In this document: positions 20,912-28,827 of the stretch, piece after piece | How the letters are laid out: each line of letters begins with the position of its first letter | Position numbering within the stretch: position 1 is the stretch's first letter | Assembly (NCBI GenBank): GCA_016292445.1 | Contig: JAEDIN010000001.1 | Location: 19,996 to 83,995 of the forward strand | DNA length: 64,000 nt | Reading direction: 5' to 3' | Source of the DNA: Oscillospiraceae bacterium | GTDB lineage: Bacteria > Bacillota > Clostridia > Oscillospirales > Oscillospiraceae | Notes under the pieces: model-generated | What the model saw: only the letters and a program-made list of their open reading frames with translations | Database searches by the model: none | Told to the model about the DNA's origin: nothing | Translations under genes and position numbers: made by a program

Positions 20912-21091
20912 AAATGCCTCCATTCATAATTTTTGAGATTCCGAAAACGAAAAACAAAGAGGACCTCGCTCAAAACTGCCCTGTTTCGCAGTATTAAGCG
21001 TGGCAATCCCCCCACACATATTCGGTATGTAAAAAAAGTTTACGCGCTCATGCCGCGGACATTTGCCCACGGTTTAATTATAGCCTTAAAA

Positions 21092-21697
21092 TTACAATTC
21101 AATTCTGCCTTCTATTGCCCTAAGCAGAGTAGCTTCATCGGCAAATTCGAGATTTGAGCCTACGGGAATACCGTAAGCAAGTCGGGTCACCTTAACATCA
21201 AAGGGCTTTAACAATCTGGATATGTACATTGCGGTTGCATCACCCTCGGTATCCGGGTTTGTTGCCATAATGATTTCTTTGATTTCGCTGTCATCGGTCG
21301 AAACGCGCTTTACAAGCTCACTTATCCTTATGTCATCGGGGCCGACATGGCTTATTGGCGACAAAACACCATGAAGGACATGATATACGCCGTTATATTC
21401 GTGGCTGCGTTCAATCGAAAGCACATCACGAGGCTCGGATACGACGCATACGGTGCTTTTATCCCTTCTGTTGCTCTGACATACAGGACACACATCACCC
21501 TCGGTAAGGTTCTGGCAGATCTTGCAGCAGCTAACATGAGATTTAGCCTCCATAATTGCTGAAGCAAAGCTTTCCGCCTCGCCTTCGGGCAAGGAAAGGA
21601 CATGAAATGCCAGACGCTGCGCGCTTTTTCTGCCTATGCCGGGCAAAGAAGCAAATTTATCTATAAGGTTTTCGAGTGATGCAGGGAAAAATGCCAT
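21092..21697 (-). CDS. recR: Recombination protein RecR
   Basis: HhH N-terminus LPGIGRKSAQRLA, Cys4 finger CKICQNL..CPVC and a Toprim domain. Confidence 0.95.
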   Translation of the reverse strand: MAFFPASLENLIDKFASLPGIGRKSAQRLAFHVLSLPEGEAESFASAIMEAKSHVSCCKICQNLTEGDVCPVCQSNRRDKSTVCVVSEPRDVLSIERSHEYNGVYHVLHGVLSPISHVGPDDIRISELVKRVSTDDSEIKEIIMATNPDTEGDATAMYISRLLKPFDVKVTRLAYGIPVGSNLEFADEATLLRAIEGRIEL

Positions 21698-21711
21698 AGA
21701 AATATCTCCAA

Positions 21712-22365
21712 TTACGCGTTTCTTATCGCTTCAATCTGTGCAGCGCGATCAGCCTTGCCGAAAACGGCACTACCGGCAACAAGTACATTTGCTCCGGCTT
21801 CTTTTACAAGCTTTGAAGTCACGGGGTCAATACCGCCATCAACCTCAAGCTCACAGTCAAGACTTCTGCGGTCAATTTCCTCACGGAATTGCTTTATCTT
21901 CGGAAGCTGGTCGTGCATAAAGCTCTGCCCCCCGAAACCGGGTTCAACCGTCATAACAAGGACCATATCAAGTCTGTCAATAAAAGGGAAAATAGCTTCT
22001 GCCGGAGTTTTCGGTTTAACAGACAAACCTACCTTCTTTCCACAGCCCTTGACAATATCAATTGCCTCGTTAATTTTCTCGGCTGTATCGGCTTCCACAT
22101 GGAACATGACAAGATCGGCACCTGTCCTGCAGAAAACCTCGGCATATCTGACGGGACGGTCGATCATAAGATGCACATCGAGAAACATATCCGTTGTCTT
22201 ACGAACTGATTTCAAGACGGGAATGCCTATCGATATATTTGGAACAAATTCGCCGTCCATAACATCAAAATGCACATAATCGGCCCCGCCGCACTTTATA
22301 TCTTCAATTTCGGCTCCGAGCTTGGAAAAATCCGCAGAGAGAATTGAAGGAGCTATCTTTATCAT
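21712..22365 (-). CDS. rpe: Ribulose-phosphate 3-epimerase
   Basis: PSILSADF, HFDVMDG, VDGGI. Confidence 0.95.
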   Translation of the reverse strand: MIKIAPSILSADFSKLGAEIEDIKCGGADYVHFDVMDGEFVPNISIGIPVLKSVRKTTDMFLDVHLMIDRPVRYAEVFCRTGADLVMFHVEADTAEKINEAIDIVKGCGKKVGLSVKPKTPAEAIFPFIDRLDMVLVMTVEPGFGGQSFMHDQLPKIKQFREEIDRRSLDCELEVDGGIDPVTSKLVKEAGANVLVAGSAVFGKADRAAQIEAIRNA

Positions 22366-22493
22366 GTCATTAACCTCAATTTAAGCTACAGCATAAAATG
22401 ATTCAGCGGTCAGGTGCGCGCCGCCTCTTTCATATATCCGGAGGATGCTCTTATTTGGAGTATCCTCCGGGCTGCACAGACTTTTACTTCATA

Positions 22494-22522
22494 ATTATAC
22501 TACACAAGATATTGATTAGCAA
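22494..22522 (-). promoter_or_regulatory. Sigma-A promoter of rpe-recR
   Basis: On the minus strand, TTGCTA (22522-22517), 17 nt, TATAAT (22499-22494). Confidence 0.55.
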
Positions 22523-22548
22523 GCACCAATGACCATAAATATATTGTG

Positions 22549-22581
22549 AAAAAAGCAGAAAAGCAAACGCTTCTCTGCTTT
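22549..22581 (-). terminator. Rho-independent terminator closing the tyrS operon
   Basis: Minus-strand RNA reads AAAGCAGAGAAGC-GUUU-GCUUUUCUGCUUU followed by UUUU. Confidence 0.8.
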
Positions 22582-22591
22582 CATTTTATAC

Positions 22592-23065
22592 TTATGCCTC
22601 GGGCAGCTTACATACATCTATCCATTCAATGGCGTTAGAATACTTAAAAAGCTCATCCAGGTTCAGTTCAATTGCGCTGTTTCCGCTGCCTACAGCCGGA
22701 AATACAGTTGTAAATCGCTTCAGACTCTCATCAAGGTAGACTTCAATGCCTTCGTTGATGCCGAACGGGCAAACCCCGCCGACCGGGTGGCCGACAAGCT
22801 CAAGGACCTCATCCGGTGAGGGCATTTTGGCTTTCATATGGAATTTGTCCTTAAATTTTCTGTTATCAATGCGCGCATCACCTGCCGCAAGTATAAGAAT
22901 ACAGCTATCGTCCTTTTTAAACGATAGAGTCTTGGCTATTCTTGCGCCCTCAACGCCGAGGGCTAAAGCCGCGAGCTCAACTGTAGCGCTCGAGACAGGA
23001 AACTCAAGTACCCTTTCCTCCATGCCAAACTGTCTGAAATATGCTCTTCCCTTTTCAATAGACAT
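22592..23065 (-). CDS. YbaK/ProX-family aminoacyl-tRNA trans-editing (deacylase) domain protein
   Basis: 157 aa. Conserved Lys context IAKTLSFK plus HPVGGVCPFG and AVGSGNSAIEL are typical of the YbaK/EbsC/ProX fold. It starts 11 nt downstream of tyrS. Confidence 0.75.
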   Translation of the reverse strand: MSIEKGRAYFRQFGMEERVLEFPVSSATVELAALALGVEGARIAKTLSFKKDDSCILILAAGDARIDNRKFKDKFHMKAKMPSPDEVLELVGHPVGGVCPFGINEGIEVYLDESLKRFTTVFPAVGSGNSAIELNLDELFKYSNAIEWIDVCKLPEA

Positions 23066-23076
23066 TTACATCACCG

Positions 23077-24300
23077 TTATTTCAGAATTATTTTATTAAA
23101 ACTTTTCTTACCCCGCTTGATTATTATACCTTCCTTGAGGGCATCTGCACTAAATGCAGCGGAAATATCCGAAATCTTAGTATCGTTTACGGAAACACCG
23201 CCCTGTTGAATATTGCGCCTCGCCTCGGACTTTGATGCGCAAAGACCGGTTTTTACAAGCGCAGTCATAATATCGATCACACCGTCTGTCAGATCGTCGG
23301 AAGTAATCTCGGTCGTGGGCATACTTTCATTATTTCCGTTGCCGCCGAAAAGCGCCTTTGAGGACGCTTCGGCTGCCTTTGCCTCCTCCTCGCCGTGGAC
23401 AAGTGCGGTAAGCTCATATGCAAGGATCTCTTTTGCACGGTTGAGCTGTGAGCCCTCCCACTTATCCATTTCCTCTATCTGCTCAAGGGGCAGGAAGGTC
23501 AGCATACGAATACATTTGAGCACATCGGCATCACCGACATTACGCCAATACTGATAGAATTCAAACGGAGAGGTCTTATTCGGGTCAAGCCAAACTGCGC
23601 CGGATGCAGTCTTGCCCATCTTCTTGCCTTCCGAGTTGAGCAGGAGTGTGATGGTCATGGCGTGGGCGTCCTTGCCGAGCTTGCGGCGAATAAGCTCTGT
23701 GCCGCCGAGCATATTGCTCCACTGATCGTTGCCGCCGAACTGCATATTGCAGCCGTAGTGCTGGAACATATAGTAGAAGTCGTAGCTCTGCATTATCATG
23801 TAGTTAAACTCAAGGAAGCTCAAACCCTTTTCCATGCGCTGCTTGTAGCATTCGGCTCTGAGCATGTTGTTGACGGAGAAGCATGCGCCGACTTCGCGCA
23901 GAACTTCAATATAGTTAAGCGGCTTGAGCCATGCGGAATTGCGTAGCATAAGTGCCTTACCGTCGGAAAAGTCGATAAACTTCTCCATCTGCCTTTTAAA
24001 GCACTCTGCATTGTGCGCGATGGTCTCCTCGGTCAGCATCTGGCGCATATCGGAGCGGCCTGAGGGGTCACCAATGAGAGTTGTACCGTCTCCGATAAGG
24101 GCAATGGGCTTGTTTCCCGCCATCTGAAGACGCTTCATAAGGCACAGTGCCATGAAGTGACCTACATGGAGGGAATCTGCCGTGCAGTCAAAGCCGATGT
24201 AAAATGTGGCCTTGCCGTTGTTTACCATTTCTCTTATCTCATCTTCATTTGTTACCTGAGCTATAAGTCCTCTGGCAACGAGTTCGTCGTAAATGTTCAC
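23077..24300 (-). CDS. tyrS: Tyrosine--tRNA ligase
   Basis: HIGH-type motif LHVGHF, KMSKS-type motif KMGKT, S4-like C-terminus, and a Tyr-specific T-box upstream. Confidence 0.95.
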   Translation of the reverse strand: MNIYDELVARGLIAQVTNEDEIREMVNNGKATFYIGFDCTADSLHVGHFMALCLMKRLQMAGNKPIALIGDGTTLIGDPSGRSDMRQMLTEETIAHNAECFKRQMEKFIDFSDGKALMLRNSAWLKPLNYIEVLREVGACFSVNNMLRAECYKQRMEKGLSFLEFNYMIMQSYDFYYMFQHYGCNMQFGGNDQWSNMLGGTELIRRKLGKDAHAMTITLLLNSEGKKMGKTASGAVWLDPNKTSPFEFYQYWRNVGDADVLKCIRMLTFLPLEQIEEMDKWEGSQLNRAKEILAYELTALVHGEEEAKAAEASSKALFGGNGNNESMPTTEITSDDLTDGVIDIMTALVKTGLCASKSEARRNIQQGGVSVNDTKISDISAAFSADALKEGIIIKRGKKSFNKIILK

Positions 24301-24311
24301 TTATTTTCTCC

Positions 24312-24707
24312 TTATTCTCTGTTTTCCTTTATAATTCTTTCCGCAGTCTCAGCCATGAAGCCTATTATTTCAGGGCAGCTGACGCCGTTTTTCTTAAGCT
24401 CAACACAGCGCACATAACCGTACTTATCACGGGCTGTGTCCACGCATTCAGTTGCAATTAAGGCAATTTTATTCTTACCCTCAAAATCTGTCGGTCCCTT
24501 TGCAGGGCAGGCAAGTCCAGCCGCCATGACGGAACCGGAAATTGCCCCGCAAATCTCGCCGCTGCGCACTCCGCCGCCGAAGCCTGCGGATATTGCAAAA
24601 GCCGTCTGTTCGTCAATATCATAATAATCGCGGCAGGCGGCAAGCACGGACTGTGCGCAATTATAGCGGTTTTTGTGGTATTCCAAGGCTCTTTCTTTTA
24701 TACCCAT
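24312..24707 (-). CDS. C_GCAxxG_C_C family (putative redox-active) protein
   Basis: YNCAQSVL, GEICGAISG and later Cys residues define the family. Start set at ATG 24707 (GGAGG upstream), because the tracked N-terminal extension runs through the T-box terminator hairpin. Confidence 0.8.
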   Translation of the reverse strand: MGIKERALEYHKNRYNCAQSVLAACRDYYDIDEQTAFAISAGFGGGVRSGEICGAISGSVMAAGLACPAKGPTDFEGKNKIALIATECVDTARDKYGYVRCVELKKNGVSCPEIIGFMAETAERIIKENRE

Positions 24708-24728
24708 ATTTCTATCCTCCAAAAGAAT

Positions 24729-24978
24729 AAAGCCCTCTGCCAATTTTGACAGAGGGCGAATTAACGCGGTACCACCTCTATGCTCCGTATCCTCACGGAT
24801 CCGGCCTCGGTGAGTTAATAACTCAAGCGCAATATCGGGCGCAACCCGTCACAGCCTACTTGATTTCGGTGTGCCGCTCCAAGCCGTATTCAACCGGAAA
24901 AGCTCTCCCCTTTTCAGCCAACAGGGTCTCTCTGTGCAGCTTATTCCGGTCTACTATTGCTCTTCTATGCGTTTACCT
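24729..24978 (-). promoter_or_regulatory. T-box leader (riboswitch), tyrosine-specific
   Basis: Minus strand shows Stem I with an AGAGAG bulge and a GUUGGCU-type distal loop. The specifier loop is GAA-UAC-G, with UAC at 24888-24886. The T-box sequence is GAGGUGGUACCGCG (24780-24767), whose UGGU bulge suits an A73 tRNA. The terminator is GCCCUCUG..CAGAGGGC (24759-24729) followed by UUUAUUCUUUU. Confidence 0.9.
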
Positions 24979-24983
24979 GCATG

Positions 24984-25012
24984 ATTATACATAATTAATT
25001 TTTGCTTGTCAA
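24984..25012 (-). promoter_or_regulatory. Sigma-A promoter of the T-box/tyrS operon
   Basis: Consensus TTGACA (25012-25007), 17 nt, TATAAT (24989-24984). The -35 lies inside the last codons of recN. Confidence 0.7.
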
Positions 25013-26680
25013 CTTATAATTATCGGCAGCCCTAAGTTGCTCCTCGGCACTTGCAAGGGTTAGCTCTGACACATTATCGCCGCCATGCATTCTCGCGAGT
25101 TCGAGGCATCTGCCCTCACGGTCAAGCTCTTTTACCTGGGTGTAGGTCCTGCCGTTACGCTCATTCTTTTCGATTAAGTCATGATTATCGGCAATAGCGG
25201 CTATTTGGGGCAGATGTGTAATGCACAGCACCTGCTTGCCGCGCGAAAGGTCGGACATCTTCTCACCGACGCGCTGAGCCGCAATACCGGATACTCCGGT
25301 GTCAATTTCATCGAAAACCATGGTCTCAATCGGGTCATTCTTTGAAAAAACGGTTTTCATGGCGAGCATTATTCTGCTAAGTTCACCGCCGGAAGCAATT
25401 TTTGAAATTCGGCCGAGTGCTTCGCCTGCATTTGCAGAAATAAGGAACTTGACATCATCTGCGCCGGTAGCATCAAAGCCCATTTCCGTTTCAACAGGCT
25501 CGATTGACACAGAAAAACGAACAGAAGGCATATTAAGATCTCTAAGCTCGCTGACTATGCGCTTTTCAAGGCTTTGTGCTGCAGCCTGACGCTTTTTGCT
25601 CAGATCTGATGCAATTTTTTTGCAGTTTCCTATATGCTTTTCAAGCTGTTTGTTCAGCTTTATAAGCATATCCCCTGCATATTCAAGCTCAGCCAGCTTT
25701 TTTCTGCATTCGTCAAGGTGCGCCAGCATCCCCTCTTCGTCGGTATTATACTTACGACGAAGTTTTTTAAGTAATGAAAGTCTGTTTTCTATATTATCAT
25801 ACTCTTCGGGTGAAAATTCAAGACTGTCTCTGAAGTCTCTTATACGCTCCGAGGCATCAAAAAGCAGCGAGGATGCGTTTTCGATTATATCAAATGTTTC
25901 TCTAAGCTCGTCTGTTATAGACGCAGCTCTGCCAATGAGGGCAGACGCTTCATCTGTTAGCGACTGAGCGCTTTGGTCGGCGGCATACAGGGCATTGTAT
26001 GCGCCGTCAAGTGCCTCCGTCAGTTTTTCTGAATTTCTCAGGAGGTCTCTTTTTGATGAAAGCTCGTCATCCTCGCCTATCTTTAAATTTGCCTTTTCAA
26101 GCTCGTCTATCTGGTATTGAAGGCTATCCGCTAAGCGTTCCTTCTCAATCTCATCCATGGAGAGGCGCTTAATTTCCCTTTTACATACCCTATATTCTGT
26201 ATATGCAGCGTTATAGCGTTCAAGAGTATCGGAATACTCACCGTAGCTGTCAAGATAAGCAAGATGATTTGCCTCATCCATAAGCTGTCTGCCATCGTTC
26301 TGACCGTGAATATCCAGCAGCAGTGCACCAAGTTCGCGCAATTGAGCCACGCTAACGGGAGTGCCACACACACGGCAGCTGTTTTTGCCTTCCGCGCTGA
26401 TTTTTCGCTGAATGATAATTTCGTCCTCAAACTCTATGTCGTTTTCTTTAAACCATTCGGCGGCATTAGCAGACTCAAAAACAGCAGAAACAACGCCTTT
26501 ATCCGCTCCTGTTCTCACAAGCTCGCGGCTAGTTCTTGCTCCAAGCACTGCACCGAGGGAATCGACGACAATGGATTTACCTGCGCCTGTTTCACCGGTG
26601 AGCACAGTTAATCCCTTGCGAAACTCAATATCCGCTTTTTCAATCACAGCAATATTTTCAATATGCAGCTCTGTAAGCAT
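24995..26680 (-). CDS. recN: DNA repair protein RecN
   Basis: SMC-like protein with Walker A GETGAGKS, a long coiled coil, a signature motif SGGELSR and Walker B VFDEID. Confidence 0.95.
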   Translation of the reverse strand: MLTELHIENIAVIEKADIEFRKGLTVLTGETGAGKSIVVDSLGAVLGARTSRELVRTGADKGVVSAVFESANAAEWFKENDIEFEDEIIIQRKISAEGKNSCRVCGTPVSVAQLRELGALLLDIHGQNDGRQLMDEANHLAYLDSYGEYSDTLERYNAAYTEYRVCKREIKRLSMDEIEKERLADSLQYQIDELEKANLKIGEDDELSSKRDLLRNSEKLTEALDGAYNALYAADQSAQSLTDEASALIGRAASITDELRETFDIIENASSLLFDASERIRDFRDSLEFSPEEYDNIENRLSLLKKLRRKYNTDEEGMLAHLDECRKKLAELEYAGDMLIKLNKQLEKHIGNCKKIASDLSKKRQAAAQSLEKRIVSELRDLNMPSVRFSVSIEPVETEMGFDATGADDVKFLISANAGEALGRISKIASGGELSRIMLAMKTVFSKNDPIETMVFDEIDTGVSGIAAQRVGEKMSDLSRGKQVLCITHLPQIAAIADNHDLIEKNERNGRTYTQVKELDREGRCLELARMHGGDNVSELTLASAEEQLRAADNYKLTSKN

Positions 26681-26695
26681 ATCAGTTCCTCTTTA

Positions 26696-27145
26696 TCAAA
26701 TCATTTCGTCAATCTCGTGGCAGAAATCCTCAGCAGCCTTGTTGCTCAGCATAGCAAGAAATGCCGTGTCATCACCGGCGAGAGTGCCGGCAAGGGTTTG
26801 TATATGCATCGAGTCAAGTGTTGCACACGCCGCATTTGCCAAGCCCGGCAGCGTCTTTATAACTATAATATTCTGCGCAACAGTGTAAGAAGTCACACTT
26901 TCGCGGAATATCTTGCGCAGTCTTTGCTCGTGGTCGTTGTCTTTTTTCTTGCCGCTTACGGCATAATGGTGTTTTCCGTCAGCGCCGAGCTCCTTGACAA
27001 GATGAAGTTCCTTAATGTCCCTCGAAAGAGTAGCCTGCGTGCTCGCAACACCGTGAGCAGCAAGCGCTTCTATGAGTTGGGCCTGAGTTTCAATGTTCTG
27101 CTCGGATATTATCTGCAAAATCAAATTGTGTCTTGTGTTTTTCAT
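26696..27145 (-). CDS. argR: Arginine repressor ArgR/AhrC
   Basis: Winged-helix N-terminus TQATLSRDIKEL and C-terminal GTLAGDDT. Start placed at MKNTRHNLILQII. Confidence 0.9.
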   Translation of the reverse strand: MKNTRHNLILQIISEQNIETQAQLIEALAAHGVASTQATLSRDIKELHLVKELGADGKHHYAVSGKKKDNDHEQRLRKIFRESVTSYTVAQNIIVIKTLPGLANAACATLDSMHIQTLAGTLAGDDTAFLAMLSNKAAEDFCHEIDEMI

Positions 27146-27155
27146 TCTCTTTCCC

Positions 27156-28022
27156 CTATCGATTCTTATAAAGCAGCTTATCAAAGGTTGAATCGTAAAA
27201 GCTGCTGAGGCCCATATGAACTAAGTTTGCAACTTTTTTAGATTGTCGCACAGTGACTATATCATCATTTGCTAAGTCTACGCCTTTAGCACCGTCAACG
27301 GACACATATGCCCGTCGGTCATGAATTCTTTCCGCCTTGACCGTGACCTTCCTGTCCGGCCCGAGAACAAAGGTCTTCGCTCCCATAACATGGGCGCATA
27401 TCGGTGAAACGATAAAGTTTTTTGCCTCGGGTTCAACGATAGGCCCTCCGGCCGACATCGAGTAGCCGGTAGAACCGGTCGGAGTCGAAACGATAATTCC
27501 GTCTCCGGAAAAACTCACCATCATATCTCCGTCGCACCATGCAGTGAGCTTGATACAATCGCCCATGCCATGAATGACTACATCGTTCAGCCCAACATCG
27601 CTGTAAATGACCTTACCGTTTCTCTTGAGCTCGACATCTATCATCATGCGGTAGCTTGAAACATAATTTCCCGCAGCGGCATCAAGTATCAACTCAAGCT
27701 TATCCGGCTCAAGCGGTGCCATAAACCCCTTAGTGCCAAGGTTAATTCCAAGCATAGGCGTATCGGTATGATTAAGGTATCTTGCTGCGTGGAGCATAGT
27801 GCCGTCACCGCCAATTATAACAAACAAAGCAGCATCACCCGAAACACTGTTCCAATCGCTTATCCTAATGCTTTGCGGAATTGCGTCAGGGTCATCAGCA
27901 CCGAAAACCGGGCAAATCTCAGTCCTGTAACCGTTTGTTTCAAGCAGGGATTTTGCTTTCAGCGTAAGCTCAAGTCCCGTATCCCTGAAGGGATTAGGGC
28001 ACAAAACTATTAAATCGGTCAT
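27156..28022 (-). CDS. nadK: NAD kinase
   Basis: GGDGTML motif, TPTGSTGYSMSAGGPIV. Confidence 0.93.
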   Translation of the reverse strand: MTDLIVLCPNPFRDTGLELTLKAKSLLETNGYRTEICPVFGADDPDAIPQSIRISDWNSVSGDAALFVIIGGDGTMLHAARYLNHTDTPMLGINLGTKGFMAPLEPDKLELILDAAAGNYVSSYRMMIDVELKRNGKVIYSDVGLNDVVIHGMGDCIKLTAWCDGDMMVSFSGDGIIVSTPTGSTGYSMSAGGPIVEPEAKNFIVSPICAHVMGAKTFVLGPDRKVTVKAERIHDRRAYVSVDGAKGVDLANDDIVTVRQSKKVANLVHMGLSSFYDSTFDKLLYKNR

Positions 28023-28032
28023 TGTCTACTCC

Positions 28033-28827
28033 TTAAAGGCACTCATGCGAGGCCTCAACTATTGCCTTCGCATCGATTTTTTGTGCTTCGTGTACACCCT
28101 TTTTCATGTAGCATAGATATTCACGGTTTCCCTCAGGACCTTTTATCGGAGAAAAATCGAGCCCCATAACCGTCATACCAACGGTCGGTGCAAAGCTGAG
28201 GACACTCTCAATGACTGAAAGGTGCACGGCCTTATCACGAATAACACCTTTTTTTCCGACTTCTTCTTTCCCTGCCTCAAACTGTGGCTTTATTAGACAG
28301 ACAAGCTGTGCATCATCCTTTAAGAGCGCGCAAACCGCCGGTAAAACAAGCTTAATCGATATAAACGAAAGATCCATAACGCAAATATCCAGCGGTTCGG
28401 GTATCTCCTCAGAGCTGATATATCGAATATTTGTGCGCTCCATGTTGACAACTCGCTCATCGTTTCTTAAACTCCACGCAAGCTGTCCGTAGCCGACATC
28501 AACGGCATATACCTTTGCAGCTCCGTTTTTTAGCAAAACATCGGTAAATCCGCCGGTGGAAGCTCCGCAGTCGACGCAAACCTTTTCTTTAATATCTATA
28601 GGGAACACCTTTAATGCTTTTTCAAGCTTTAACCCGCCTCTGCTGACATACGGCAAAGCAGCACCCTTGACCTCAACCTTGGCATCGGGAAGCACCTGCA
28701 TACCGGGCTTATCGGCACGCTGACCGTTGACAAATACAAGTCCGCTCATTACAGTCGTTTTGGCTCTTTCCCTGCTCTCTGCAAGTCCGAGGTCAAAAAC
28801 CAGTTGGTCCAATCTAATCTTTTTCAC
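28033..28827 (-). CDS. tlyA: TlyA-family rRNA 2'-O-methyltransferase (S4 + FtsJ domains)
   Basis: RLDQLV S4 N-terminus and SAM motif DCGASTGGFTD. The GTG start overlaps the dxs stop (GTGA). Confidence 0.9.
   Translation of the reverse strand: MKKIRLDQLVFDLGLAESRERAKTTVMSGLVFVNGQRADKPGMQVLPDAKVEVKGAALPYVSRGGLKLEKALKVFPIDIKEKVCVDCGASTGGFTDVLLKNGAAKVYAVDVGYGQLAWSLRNDERVVNMERTNIRYISSEEIPEPLDICVMDLSFISIKLVLPAVCALLKDDAQLVCLIKPQFEAGKEEVGKKGVIRDKAVHLSVIESVLSFAPTVGMTVMGLDFSPIKGPEGNREYLCYMKKGVHEAQKIDAKAIVEASHECL

Noticed and set aside
24746-24994. Plus-strand 82-aa ORF between the C_GCAxxG_C_C gene and recN.
   Set aside because: It lies antisense to the T-box leader. The conserved T-box elements account for the sequence, and the ORF has no RBS.
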